Below are positions 8,145-17,344 of a DNA stretch of 64,000 bases, one piece after another. Every line of letters starts with the position of its first letter. Within the stretch, counting starts at the first letter, position 1. The position numbers and the translations under genes were made by a program. The stretch comes from an uncultured Candidatus Saccharibacteria bacterium. Its GTDB lineage: Bacteria > Patescibacteriota > Saccharimonadia > Saccharimonadales > Saccharimonadaceae. A model generated the notes under the pieces. That model was not told the origin of the DNA. It did no database searches and was given only the letters and a program-made list of their open reading frames with translations. The stretch is taken from contig CAZMZB010000001.1 in assembly GCA_964570845.1 (NCBI GenBank), positions 143,473 through 207,472 on the forward strand, written 5' to 3'.

Positions 8145-8237
8145 TTAGTGTGCAATATAAAGTTGCCACTCGGCAGGTATGATGTCTACCTCAACTCGTT
8201 TAGCGCGACTCGGCACTTTACGAATAGTAATTGACAT
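8145..8237 (-). CDS. Possible 30-aa small protein
   Basis: ATG preceded by GAGGAGTGACGA (strong SD at good spacing); MSITIRKVPSRAKRVEVDIIPAEWQLYIAH. Below the ORF-track size cutoff. No family recognised. Confidence 0.3.
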   Translation of the reverse strand: MSITIRKVPSRAKRVEVDIIPAEWQLYIAH

Positions 8238-8436
8238 TCGTCACTCCTCTATTTAATAGAAACAGTCTCGCAATCGACCTAATTCATTAGTTTTGGCGCG
8301 AGACACATCGACCATCTTAGCAACCCCAGCAAGCTATGTCAATGGGTTAAGTAGTTAACTTATATTCAGGCCCCTATATTCATTATTTACAGAATGTGCT
8401 TATGATTGTATTGATAAATAATATCTGCTATTAATA

Positions 8437-8823
8437 GTGATTATGGGAGAGATTGATACCAGAAAATTACAAAACCTGCAACGAAGCATTTCGATAGAAT
8501 ACTACCCAAGAGAAGTAGTGGACGAGGTATTAGCTGATATCGCACTTAGATTAAGTCCCCGACTTGATAGCACTGGTATGCAGCGTAGTAGTGTTAGTCA
8601 TGACAATGCACTTGATATCATAGAGGCAAGGTTACTGGATAGTAAAGAAGAGGATGCTGAAAGCTCTGGCGCTGTCACCCTTGAAACAGGAGATGTTACT
8701 ACTATAGGAAGTGCGTTGGATTTAATAAAAAAGATACCTGAAGTAGAGGGTTTGTGCAAAGACCTACAAGAATTACATAAAAAGCTAATCGAACAAATAG
8801 ACTCGGAAGAGTCTGTGGACTAA
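8437..8823 (+). CDS. Hypothetical acidic protein
   Basis: 128 aa ORF, acidic, helical-looking, no SD seen, no motif recognised. The start could be ATG at 8443. Confidence 0.5.
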   Translation: MIMGEIDTRKLQNLQRSISIEYYPREVVDEVLADIALRLSPRLDSTGMQRSSVSHDNALDIIEARLLDSKEEDAESSGAVTLETGDVTTIGSALDLIKKIPEVEGLCKDLQELHKKLIEQIDSEESVD

Positions 8824-8824
8824 A

Positions 8825-9751
8825 TTAAAAAATACGCTTTTTACCTATTAGATATATAAGAATAGTTAACGTAATAGTAAAGCCAACTATAAAGAAATAG
8901 CCTAGTGGATGGTGTTGAAACGGCAAGCTAACATTCATGCCATACATACCAAAGAAGACATTGGGTAGAGCGATCAAGACAGTTGCGGCTGTGAGGATTT
9001 TCATAGAACGGTTGAGGTTATTACTGGCAATCGTTGCGTAGGCTTCGCGAATGTTCACAATACTTTTGATATAGTTTTTACACGCTTCAATTGATTGTTC
9101 GTTACTGAGGAGCAAATCCTCAACAATATCATGATCCTGCTGATAAAGCGGAATATGCTTACCAATCATAAGCCGATTCAAGATTGCTGAGGTTGGCTGA
9201 AGTCCTGATAAGAATTCATTGAATTCATCTTCAATCGTCACGAAATCAACAAAATCTTTATTATTGACATCATGCGTCTTCAGCCGGGTACGAATTTCTT
9301 TAATACGACGACCGGTATTATTGATATAAACATCATATTGATCGATAATTTGATTGAGAATTTGAAGAAGCAGCTTTGTTCGCTGTGTCGTCGAGAATTC
9401 AAGCTTACCACTAGTAAATTGCTGCAATCGCGGTAAGCTGTGCAGTGACACAGTAATTAAAGATTTCGGCGTCATGACAAACAGTAGCGGTGCAGTTGTA
9501 AGTTCAAGCTCGTCGTTCACATAAGCATAACGTACAAAAATATAAATGGTGCTCCCATCATATTCAAGCCGAGGCATTTCATCAGCATCAAGCGCATCAC
9601 TCATGTGCCCCGCATCAAGTGAAAATTGCTCAACAAGCTGGTCAATTTCCTCTTTCGTTGGCTCTTCTACACACACCCAATCACCTGCCCGATGCTTATC
9701 AAGCTGAGCAAGTTCCTCAGTGTGAACATTTTTGTAATAATAAGAAATCAT
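8825..9751 (-). CDS. corA: CorA-family magnesium transporter
   Basis: 308 aa; two C-terminal TM helices with the signature FFGMYGMNV (YGMN) loop. Confidence 0.9.
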   Translation of the reverse strand: MISYYYKNVHTEELAQLDKHRAGDWVCVEEPTKEEIDQLVEQFSLDAGHMSDALDADEMPRLEYDGSTIYIFVRYAYVNDELELTTAPLLFVMTPKSLITVSLHSLPRLQQFTSGKLEFSTTQRTKLLLQILNQIIDQYDVYINNTGRRIKEIRTRLKTHDVNNKDFVDFVTIEDEFNEFLSGLQPTSAILNRLMIGKHIPLYQQDHDIVEDLLLSNEQSIEACKNYIKSIVNIREAYATIASNNLNRSMKILTAATVLIALPNVFFGMYGMNVSLPFQHHPLGYFFIVGFTITLTILIYLIGKKRIF

Positions 9752-9784
9752 TCATAAGCAGTATATCAGAGTGCTTATGCTTGG

Positions 9785-11089
9785 TTAAAGAGAGCGCTTC
9801 AATTTTTCAGCCGCTTTTCCTTCAGCAATAACATTTCCTTGCTTATCTTCAATAATAGTTTTTGATCCACCAACGCCAAGCTCTTCCCTAATGACATAGC
9901 TGTGTTTCTTGCGCCTATCATCACTTTTAAGATAATCCCAAATAGTCTTCCTAACTTCTGAAGCATTATCGAAAAGAAAGTCGGGAGCATTATGATCAAT
10001 AATTTCCCCATTTCGAAGTGCTTCTTTGTTGCACGACGGACACTTAATACCACCACTCGTAAGGATTGCATCAACCGTTGCACTACATAGCGGGCAAGTC
10101 ACACATTTCAATAAATTTCCTTGCATTTGCCCCTGTTTCTCAAGTTGAGCCGCAGTACTCAGAACAGGGCAGTCAGGTTCGTATTCTCGTCCTTCTTCAT
10201 GTGCTCTTTCGCCAGATTCGGCAAGTGACAGTACACTTCTGCCACGCAAACGATCATCTAGTGCAGCAACATAATTATGCCGCGCCTCCTCCAAAAGCTG
10301 CTGCCTCTCTTCGTCGGAAAGAGCAAGTGCCATGATATCTATCACAGCTTCCATATGTGCTGCTGTTATATCAGGGTGTTGATCGACGAATTCTAAAGAG
10401 TTTTTTTCTGAAGTAAAATGCCCGCCTGCATACCACTCTCCACCAAATTGTTCAGCCAGTGAGGCGTCATATGTTTCACGAATAATCGTTGGTAGTTTTC
10501 TTTTCGTTACTTCATCAGCAGATATAACATAGCGTTGAGCCAGTACCTCCTCAGAAGAAAGCCCGTCTGGCAAAACACCGCCAAATCTATTCACCACGGC
10601 CTGCAACGCTTGATAGTTTGACTGTTCAAGGGAAAGAGTAGTTGTTTTAACGCCACTTCGTGTTCGTTCATGAATTCTTATTTTTGCCAAACCACGCTCT
10701 CTGTTATAACCCTCAAGTTGTGTCACTCCTTGCTCCACGGCATCAGGAATAGTAGAGGTGACGATAAAAATATTTCCATCGAGCTCCCCTCTTGCAAGGC
10801 GTTCAGCAAAATATGCTTCCTCCAACTCAAGCTCACGCCTTTTCACTTCGAAATCAATATCTTGGCGAAAACGAGCCACTTCTCTTGCGGCCTCTAAACC
10901 TTGTTCACAAACATCGACTAGCCTATCCCCGAATTCCGAGTAAACATGTCCATGTTCATCGACATAATAATCAAATGAACTCTCCACAGGTAACATCAGC
11001 CGCTCGGACGCATCTGTTTTTTCATCAAGCTCTATGCTGGCATAATGTGCCTCGATAAATTGTGTTTTTTCTTTTGCTAGTGTTACCAC
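9785..11089 (-). CDS. Hypothetical protein with internal zinc ribbon
   Basis: 434 aa, GTG start 9 nt after GAGGGG. Four-Cys ribbon CVTCPLCSATVDAILTSGGIKCPSC near residue 330. No family recognised. Confidence 0.7.
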   Translation of the reverse strand: MVTLAKEKTQFIEAHYASIELDEKTDASERLMLPVESSFDYYVDEHGHVYSEFGDRLVDVCEQGLEAAREVARFRQDIDFEVKRRELELEEAYFAERLARGELDGNIFIVTSTIPDAVEQGVTQLEGYNRERGLAKIRIHERTRSGVKTTTLSLEQSNYQALQAVVNRFGGVLPDGLSSEEVLAQRYVISADEVTKRKLPTIIRETYDASLAEQFGGEWYAGGHFTSEKNSLEFVDQHPDITAAHMEAVIDIMALALSDEERQQLLEEARHNYVAALDDRLRGRSVLSLAESGERAHEEGREYEPDCPVLSTAAQLEKQGQMQGNLLKCVTCPLCSATVDAILTSGGIKCPSCNKEALRNGEIIDHNAPDFLFDNASEVRKTIWDYLKSDDRRKKHSYVIREELGVGGSKTIIEDKQGNVIAEGKAAEKLKRSL

Positions 11090-11331
11090 TAAAAAATCCC
11101 CTCATCTTTTCGCTCCAAAGACAAGAGGATTTATAATCTCCACCTTATATAAAACTTCCTGCTCGGGAACGTTACTTCTTAAAAACGTATCGGGCTTTCA
11201 CCGTTGCGGCACAGCTCACGAATTGCACGTGATTCCGCTTTTAAAAAGTTTTAATTGTTAATTTGTCTTCATTATACACGCTATGTTTGCTGCTGTGTGG
11301 TGTGTTATTAACACCATATATGGCACAGTAC

Positions 11332-13074
11332 TTAGTCCATCACCGGTGTTTCATCTTTTTTGCCAGATCGAAGTGGCTTTTCAGTCACAAAGAATGACAC
11401 AAGAAAACCAAGCAGCATGAGAGCCGTAGCACCATAAAAGATATTACGAAGACTGTCACTAAAGGCGTTCACCACCTTGTCATTAAAACTATCTTGTTTT
11501 TTATGAAAGTCTTGCTTGATTTGCTTACTTAGCTTCGCTTCAGCTTGTGTCTGCGCAGCGGACGGCAATTGCATAGCTGCAACCTGCTGCCTAACAATCT
11601 GCGGCATTGCTTTATCAACTTCGTGGTTAATCTTTTCTTTTTGCTCGGTAGTGTTTAAATTAAGTGCTGTATCCGCATCAATTTTTTGTAACATCTGTGA
11701 AGATTGGGGCTGCTTCGTGAGCTGTTCAATGTAAGGGATTTTTTCAATATTACCTAAACCTGTAGTAAGCCCGGCGGTTAAAATTCCTCCAAACACAGCA
11801 GTGCCGATGGTTGAACCAAGGTTTCTGAAAAGCTGCGAAGATGCCGTAACGGCGCCGAGTTCTTTTTGAGAAAACTCATTTTGCACGGCTAGATTCATGA
11901 TGGGCATCGCTACACCAAAGCCAACACCAACAAAGAACATCATGATCGCTTCGTGCCAATAAAGACTGTCTGGCGTCAAGAAACTGAGTGCAAAGGTAGC
12001 AATGGTTGAAACACCAAATCCACCGACAAGCAAGAACTTATATTTTCCAGTTTTTGAAACAACTTGACCGGTAAGAGTGCTGAAAAGTACTAAGCCCGCC
12101 ATCAGAGGAAGTAACATGAGACCGGACTCAGTTGGATCAGCCCCAAAGACTTGTTGGTTAAATTGCGTGAGATAAAGGATAGAACCAAGCATGGCAGCAC
12201 CAACTAGTCCGGCGATTGTCATCATCAATACAAAATTACGATTTTCAAAATGCTGCAACGCCATAATTGGTTCTTTCGCGCGTTTTTCTATCCAAATAAA
12301 TAGCCCTGTTAAGATTGCTGCTACAGAGAGCATGATAATCCTTAGTGTCAGAAGACTCATACCAGTCGCGTTTAAGAAATCAGCAAATACCTTGTCGGTG
12401 TTATCAGCTGCAAGCACAACGATTGAAAGCGCAAGGGAAAGAAGAACTGCACCTAAGTAATCAATACTTGGTTTCATCTTTTGTTTAATGCTTGGGCTAT
12501 ATACTGCAATGATGATGAATGAAATAATGCCAATTGGCACATTAATCCAAAATGTCCATCGCCAATCAGTGGTCAGTGAAAAGATTTGATGCCCTTCCGT
12601 TAAAAAACCACCAAGTAGCGGACCGATCACTGAAGCAATTCCGAATACTCCACCAAAAAGCCCCATCCAGCGACCGCGCTCGCGAGGAGCGAATAAGTCA
12701 CCAATAATGGAAAAGGCATTACTCATAATAATACCGCCACCAACACCTTGCAGCGCTCGAAAAGCAATAAGCTGTTCAATATTTTGAGCGCTACCGCTGA
12801 GAAATGAAGAAAGTACAAACAGCCCAACACCAATCAGCAGAATCGGTCTACGCCCAAAAATGTCTGAGAGTTTTCCGGCAATCGGAACAGTAATCGTTGA
12901 GGTTAAGAGGTAGGCCGTAACAACCCAGCTAAGACTACTGAAGCTGTTGAACTCTTCAACAATCTTTCCGAGTGCAGTAGCAATAATGGTTTGGTCAAGT
13001 GCAACTAGGAACAGTCCCGATAGGACCGCTAGCATGACAATGACTTTTTGACGAAGTGGAATATTATGGAGCAT
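11332..13074 (-). CDS. MFS efflux transporter, DHA2 (14-TM, EmrB/QacA-like) with hydrophilic insertion/tail
   Basis: 580 aa; N-terminus typical of DHA2 (LDQTIIATALGKIVEEF, GKLSDIFGRRP). About 14 TM helices, plus a roughly 100-aa hydrophilic segment before the last helix. Confidence 0.9.
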   Translation of the reverse strand: MLHNIPLRQKVIVMLAVLSGLFLVALDQTIIATALGKIVEEFNSFSSLSWVVTAYLLTSTITVPIAGKLSDIFGRRPILLIGVGLFVLSSFLSGSAQNIEQLIAFRALQGVGGGIIMSNAFSIIGDLFAPRERGRWMGLFGGVFGIASVIGPLLGGFLTEGHQIFSLTTDWRWTFWINVPIGIISFIIIAVYSPSIKQKMKPSIDYLGAVLLSLALSIVVLAADNTDKVFADFLNATGMSLLTLRIIMLSVAAILTGLFIWIEKRAKEPIMALQHFENRNFVLMMTIAGLVGAAMLGSILYLTQFNQQVFGADPTESGLMLLPLMAGLVLFSTLTGQVVSKTGKYKFLLVGGFGVSTIATFALSFLTPDSLYWHEAIMMFFVGVGFGVAMPIMNLAVQNEFSQKELGAVTASSQLFRNLGSTIGTAVFGGILTAGLTTGLGNIEKIPYIEQLTKQPQSSQMLQKIDADTALNLNTTEQKEKINHEVDKAMPQIVRQQVAAMQLPSAAQTQAEAKLSKQIKQDFHKKQDSFNDKVVNAFSDSLRNIFYGATALMLLGFLVSFFVTEKPLRSGKKDETPVMD

Positions 13075-13331
13075 TATTTCTCGCCCTCTTTTTCCGGGTG
13101 AGTACCAATTGCCGAGCGCAGTGAATCCAACTTCTTATCAAGGTGTTTAATGAGGTCCTGTAGGCTATCTTCGGTGCATACTCCTAAAACCGCTTTTTTG
13201 TGCGGATGACCAATAATCATTACTTTGTCGCCAGGCTGGATATTCAAAGCTTCCCGTGCTTCAGCTGGAATGACAATTTGTCCTTTTGTTCCCACTGTTG
13301 CCGTGCCATACAGTGTTACATTCCCCTTCAT
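13074..13331 (-). CDS. AbrB/MazE/SpoVT-family DNA-binding protein
   Basis: 85 aa; SpoVT-AbrB looped-hinge motif GTKGQIVIPAEAREALNIQPGDKV. Its stop overlaps the start of the MFS gene (same operon). Confidence 0.85.
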   Translation of the reverse strand: MKGNVTLYGTATVGTKGQIVIPAEAREALNIQPGDKVMIIGHPHKKAVLGVCTEDSLQDLIKHLDKKLDSLRSAIGTHPEKEGEK

Positions 13332-13422
13332 AATTTCTCCTTTTTATTAAAAATATTTTTGATCACTCTATATGTTATACAAATCATACTTGTATGTCAA
13401 CAGGTTTTGCTATAATGAAGGT

Positions 13423-13641
13423 ATGGCAAAAAAGAAAAAGAAGCGAAATAAAGCTTATTCCGGTGAAGATGCGGCGGCACCGATTGAACCTATTGTTCAT
13501 CGTTATAAAGCAGTTGATAGGGGAAAGCTTGGTCAATGGTGGTTTGAGAAGAAAAAAATTATTAAGATTTCAACTATTACCCTTCTGGTTATCGCTTTAA
13601 TTATTTGGATGATAGCTGAGCTAATCAGAATTATGAGCTGA
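13423..13641 (+). CDS. Small basic membrane protein
   Basis: MAKKKKKRNKAYSG... with one C-terminal TM helix. ATG at 13423 follows GAAGG. The upstream part of the track ORF looks non-coding. Confidence 0.5.
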   Translation: MAKKKKKRNKAYSGEDAAAPIEPIVHRYKAVDRGKLGQWWFEKKKIIKISTITLLVIALIIWMIAELIRIMS

Positions 13642-14460
13642 CTCTTCAGTCCTCATTCTTGCAGTTCGAATCACATTATCAAACAGTGCTGCGACCGTCA
13701 GCGGACCAACACCACCCTTTTGTGGCGTTACAATAAGATCTTGCCTCTCATAGACTGATTTCTCTAAATCACCTACTGTTTTGTTCTCTTCTGAAGCAAC
13801 ACCTGCATCAACCACCACCGTATCAGGACATAGCATATCACTGGTCACTACGCCAGGTGAGCCGGCTGCACTCACCACAATATCTGCATGCTGCAGCTCA
13901 TTTTTTATATCTTCTGTTTCGTTATTGAGCACCGTGACATCATAGCCAGAATTTTGCCACATCAAGGCAAGTGGCCGACCAACGAGCCTACCGTCACCCA
14001 CAATCACAATTCGTTTATTTTTGAGTTCAATATTATACCCTGCCATCAGCCAATTAATTGCCATTGGTGTTGCTGTGTCAAATATTGCCCGCCTACCAAG
14101 TGCATCGACATCTTTTTCAGGCTTTACTAAATTCAATAATTCTTCTGTTTGACTCTTGTCTTCAAGTGGCAATTGCACGATAATGCCATAGATATTTCTA
14201 TCATCATTTAATGTTTGAATAGTTCTCTTAGCTTGGCTTTGAGGAATTTTATAAAGCTCAACCTCAATTAAAATATCCTGCCCATAGACTCTTTTAAGAC
14301 GCACATACGTGTCAATCACCACATCATTTTTAGTTTGGATAATCGCCAGTTTAGGAAAAATGTTATGCGCCTGACGTAGCGCACGCACCTGCTTTGCTTG
14401 TCGTTCTTTAATAAAGTCAACTAATTCGCTGCCACTAAGGATTTTCATACCGACTAGCAT
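13621..14460 (-). CDS. folD: Bifunctional methylene-THF dehydrogenase/cyclohydrolase
   Basis: 279 aa; FolD pattern ILSGSELVDFIKERQAKQV, YVRLKRVYGQDILIE, VVGDGRLVGRPLALMW, TPQKGGVGPLTVAALFDN. The start may be the internal ATG at 14448. Confidence 0.9.
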   Translation of the reverse strand: MLVGMKILSGSELVDFIKERQAKQVRALRQAHNIFPKLAIIQTKNDVVIDTYVRLKRVYGQDILIEVELYKIPQSQAKRTIQTLNDDRNIYGIIVQLPLEDKSQTEELLNLVKPEKDVDALGRRAIFDTATPMAINWLMAGYNIELKNKRIVIVGDGRLVGRPLALMWQNSGYDVTVLNNETEDIKNELQHADIVVSAAGSPGVVTSDMLCPDTVVVDAGVASEENKTVGDLEKSVYERQDLIVTPQKGGVGPLTVAALFDNVIRTARMRTEESAHNSD

Positions 14461-14566
14461 AGCATATTTAGAGGTGTTACTCCTGTAAAAACAACCTACT
14501 GTTAAAATTGCAACGCATGTGCTAATAATAAGGTTAATAAAATATATCCAAGGGGAGGAAAAAGTT

Positions 14567-15064
14567 ATGAGTGTTTTATCAACACTAGCGCAAACAACAA
14601 CGTACTATACATCTACGAGTAGCTCATCAGATGCGGGAGCAGCTATTGTGGCTGTCATCGTAAGTTTATTCTTGATTATTATTCCGCTTGCAATCGGTCT
14701 ATATATCTTTGGAGCGATTGTTCTCAGTAAATTATTCAAGAAAGCTGGCATGAAAGAGACGTGGCCAGCATGGGTGCCAATTTACAACACCTGGAAGCTA
14801 CTTGAAATTTCAGGCTATCCAGGCTGGCTCGTATTAGTCCCGATCATCATAGGATTTATTCCTATAATTAACATACTGGGTGGTTTTGTAGGACTAGCTT
14901 TTACTATATTGCTAGCAATTGCCGTTGGTCGAGCATACGGTAAGCGAGATATCGGCTGGATTATCTTGCTCACAATACTACCGATTGTCGGGTATGCAGT
15001 GCTTGCCTTCGGCGATGCAAAATATACGAAGCCAACTGAAAAAGACCTTTTGTTTAAGATTTAG
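14567..15064 (+). CDS. DUF5684-like small integral membrane protein
   Basis: ATG after GGGGAGGAAAAAG. Motif KKAGMKETWPAWVPIYNTWKLLEISGYPGWLVL is typical of that family as I recall it. Confidence 0.65.
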   Translation: MSVLSTLAQTTTYYTSTSSSSDAGAAIVAVIVSLFLIIIPLAIGLYIFGAIVLSKLFKKAGMKETWPAWVPIYNTWKLLEISGYPGWLVLVPIIIGFIPIINILGGFVGLAFTILLAIAVGRAYGKRDIGWIILLTILPIVGYAVLAFGDAKYTKPTEKDLLFKI

Positions 15065-15109
15065 TAAAAAAATCTTTAAGAAAAATGGCACCGTTCCTGG
15101 TGCCATTTT

Positions 15110-15769
15110 TTATAACCCCGTAAACCAATCTCTCTTCAGGTTTTCCTCAGGAATATTTAACTTGATTATAAACTCTTCGCTCAGTTCATCCACCATCTTT
15201 GGCGGACCAGAAATATAAATCAGCTTCTTTTCTATATCTATTATTTTTTGCTTTATAAATTCTGTAGAGACTCTATTATCAACCTCATAATGTATGTTTA
15301 GATTATTTATTTTCTTTTCAAGCAAGTTAAGCTGCTTCTCAAATAGAAGCCTGTGCTTTTTAGTACTATAAAATAAATCAATACTTTCTGGTTGCCGTTC
15401 TTCATGATTCAATTGCTTTAATATAGAAAAATACGGCGTAATACCCATTCCACCAGCAATGAAAATTAACGGTGTATCTTCCCAAATAAAGTCACCCCCG
15501 CCAATTGCAAAAGCATCAATTTCATCACCAGACTTCAGCTTATATAGTGCTTGCTTAAAATCACTGTTGCTCACTTGTGTGGTTATTATAATATCTTTTT
15601 CATAGGGCGCAGACGAAATGGTAAAGTGTCGTTCTTCAGTCACATATTCAGTCTCAAGCTCCAGCCCAATTGTCTGCCCTGCTGTCCATTTTATTTCTTC
15701 AAGAGGAATAAAAGTAAAGGAGTAAATATCTCCAATCTCCTGCTCTTTCTCTTTAAAAATTAACTTCAT
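15110..15769 (-). CDS. FNR-like FAD/NAD(P)-binding oxidoreductase
   Basis: RHFTISSAP (RxYS-type FAD motif) and GGMGITP (NAD(P) motif). About 220 aa two-domain ferredoxin-reductase layout. Confidence 0.8.
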   Translation of the reverse strand: MKLIFKEKEQEIGDIYSFTFIPLEEIKWTAGQTIGLELETEYVTEERHFTISSAPYEKDIIITTQVSNSDFKQALYKLKSGDEIDAFAIGGGDFIWEDTPLIFIAGGMGITPYFSILKQLNHEERQPESIDLFYSTKKHRLLFEKQLNLLEKKINNLNIHYEVDNRVSTEFIKQKIIDIEKKLIYISGPPKMVDELSEEFIIKLNIPEENLKRDWFTGL

Positions 15770-15823
15770 AAACACCCCTATCATAACAAAAGAACCCCAT
15801 AAAGAGGTTCTAAGTTTCTAATA

Positions 15824-15900
15824 TGGAGGGCCAGGAGGGACTCGAACCCTCGACACCCTGCTTAAGAGGCAGGTGCTCTAACCAGCTGAGCTACTGGCCC
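15824..15900 (-). tRNA. tRNA-Lys (anticodon CUU)
   Basis: 77 nt; acceptor GGGCCAG/CUGGCCC, anticodon arm CCUGC-CUCUUAA-GCAGG, T arm GAGGG-UUCGAGU-CCCUC, encoded CCA. Confidence 0.95.
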
Positions 15901-15964
15901 GTATCACTGGTCATGATAACAGAACAGTCACCTCTGTGCAATGAAAACCAAAGTCTTTTTGAAC

Positions 15965-16411
15965 CTACTCTACCCTAATATTTCCAGTATGGGAGCTATT
16001 GAGATGGTCATGAAATCCCCAATCACCAACTTGCGTAAGTCTAATTGTCGTGCGCTCTCCCGGTTGTAGACGATTTGTGTTTAGTTCTGGCTGATCAGTG
16101 TGCGTTGGGTGTTCGTCAGAACTAAATTCCAGATCATTATCCGACTGATTAATGATCGCAACTGTACTGCCACTTGGTACAGTGACGCTCTTTGGATCAA
16201 ATCCATCATTTGTATATATAATAGTTGCAGCTATTTCTGCATTTTCAGTTTCAGCTTGATTAACACTACTTTCTTCTGCTGATTTATCAACTGAAGTATC
16301 AGACGCTGTGGACCTATTCCCACTATTCTTATTGTTAAACAAAACAAACCCTCCACCGGCTAATACAGCAACCGCTATGATGATAATAATGATTTTAATT
16401 GATTTACTCAT
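15965..16411 (-). CDS. Membrane-anchored cupredoxin-like protein
   Basis: 148 aa; N-terminal TM anchor, low-complexity linker, C-terminal roughly 85-aa cupredoxin-like domain (VTVPSGSTVAIINQSDNDLEFSSDEHPTH...GFHDHLNSSHTGNIRV). Confidence 0.7.
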   Translation of the reverse strand: MSKSIKIIIIIIAVAVLAGGGFVLFNNKNSGNRSTASDTSVDKSAEESSVNQAETENAEIAATIIYTNDGFDPKSVTVPSGSTVAIINQSDNDLEFSSDEHPTHTDQPELNTNRLQPGERTTIRLTQVGDWGFHDHLNSSHTGNIRVE

Positions 16412-16466
16412 AACCCCTCCATATAACTCTTTACTTATTATGACACGTCAAGCATTATCTTAATAT

Positions 16467-17099
16467 ATGCAGATGACGAAAAAGTACATCCTCTTCGGAA
16501 TCTTTGCCCTCAGTATAGTAGTTTCACTTCTTGCCGTACTAGTATGGCAAGAAAACAATAACTGGCAATTCTCTAATCTCTCGGCGTATAAGTTTTTTCC
16601 TCTTTTTGGGCTGCTCGCTTTTAGTCTTTTATGGTCACAATATGTCGCAATCGCTGCGATGCATTATTTTCAGTTGAAAGGTTCTGAGCTTAAGCTTTAT
16701 TTTCAGCTAACAGGATATGTGGTATTAATTGCTATCTTACTTCACCCCAGCTTACTCATTTGGCAGCTCTGGCAAGACGGTTTTGGCTTGCCCCCGCAAA
16801 GCTATCTTCAGCACTATATTGCCCCAGGTCTAGGATGGGCAACTGGGCTGGGAATGCTTGCTTTTCTGATTTTCTTAAGTTATGAACTGAGACGGTTTTT
16901 TGCAAAGAAGTCTTGGTGGAAATGGATTATTTATGCTGGAGATCTTGCCATGATAGCAATATTCATTCATAGCTTAGCCCTTGGTAGCCACCTACAGTCA
17001 GGTTGGTATAGAAATGTTTGGCTGTTTTATGGCATAACACTACTGGGATGTTTGTTTTATCTACGCTTATGGCCTGTTCTTCGTAAGCTCCACTTTTAG
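16467..17099 (+). CDS. Polytopic membrane protein (about 6 TM, several intramembrane His)
   Basis: 210 aa, hydrophobic throughout. His residues in or near helices (AAMHYF, LLHPSL, FIHSLALGSH). No confident family. Confidence 0.65.
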   Translation: MQMTKKYILFGIFALSIVVSLLAVLVWQENNNWQFSNLSAYKFFPLFGLLAFSLLWSQYVAIAAMHYFQLKGSELKLYFQLTGYVVLIAILLHPSLLIWQLWQDGFGLPPQSYLQHYIAPGLGWATGLGMLAFLIFLSYELRRFFAKKSWWKWIIYAGDLAMIAIFIHSLALGSHLQSGWYRNVWLFYGITLLGCLFYLRLWPVLRKLHF

Positions 17100-17167
17100 T
17101 CTATGTACACGGTAGTATGTATAACCTCTAATACAATGAGAGAATGCGGGTTCAAATAACGCTCAAA

Positions 17168-17244
17168 TGGTACACCCGGCAGGATTCGAACCTGCGACAC
17201 CTGGTTCCGAAGACCAGTGCTCTAATCCGCTGAGCTACGGGTGC
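17168..17244 (-). tRNA. tRNA-Arg (anticodon UCG)
   Basis: 77 nt; acceptor GCACCCG/CGGGUGU (G1-U72), anticodon arm CUGGU-CUUCGGA-ACCAG, T arm GCAGG-UUCGAAU-CCUGC, encoded CCA. Confidence 0.95.
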
Positions 17245-17344
17245 ATATATTTGACTCTGAAAACGCCCCTTAATTATATCAGATAACTTGCCTTGTTACA
17301 GGTTTAGCTATTATACTTATGTCTAAGTAAACAAAGGAATTTAT

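Noticed and set aside
11140-11270. Nested hairpins (GCGG...CCGC around CACGTGCAATTCGTG) between the MFS operon and the 434-aa gene as a riboswitch
   Set aside because: They match no riboswitch motif I know (checked fluoride, guanidine/mini-ykkC, preQ1 by eye). They more likely act as terminator structures for the MFS operon. Too little evidence to call.
15824-15900. Second tRNA-Lys as a duplicated att site of the island
   Set aside because: It is a complete, distinct isoacceptor (CUU versus UUU) 44 kb away, not a partial 3' copy. The similarity is ordinary tRNA-Lys conservation.
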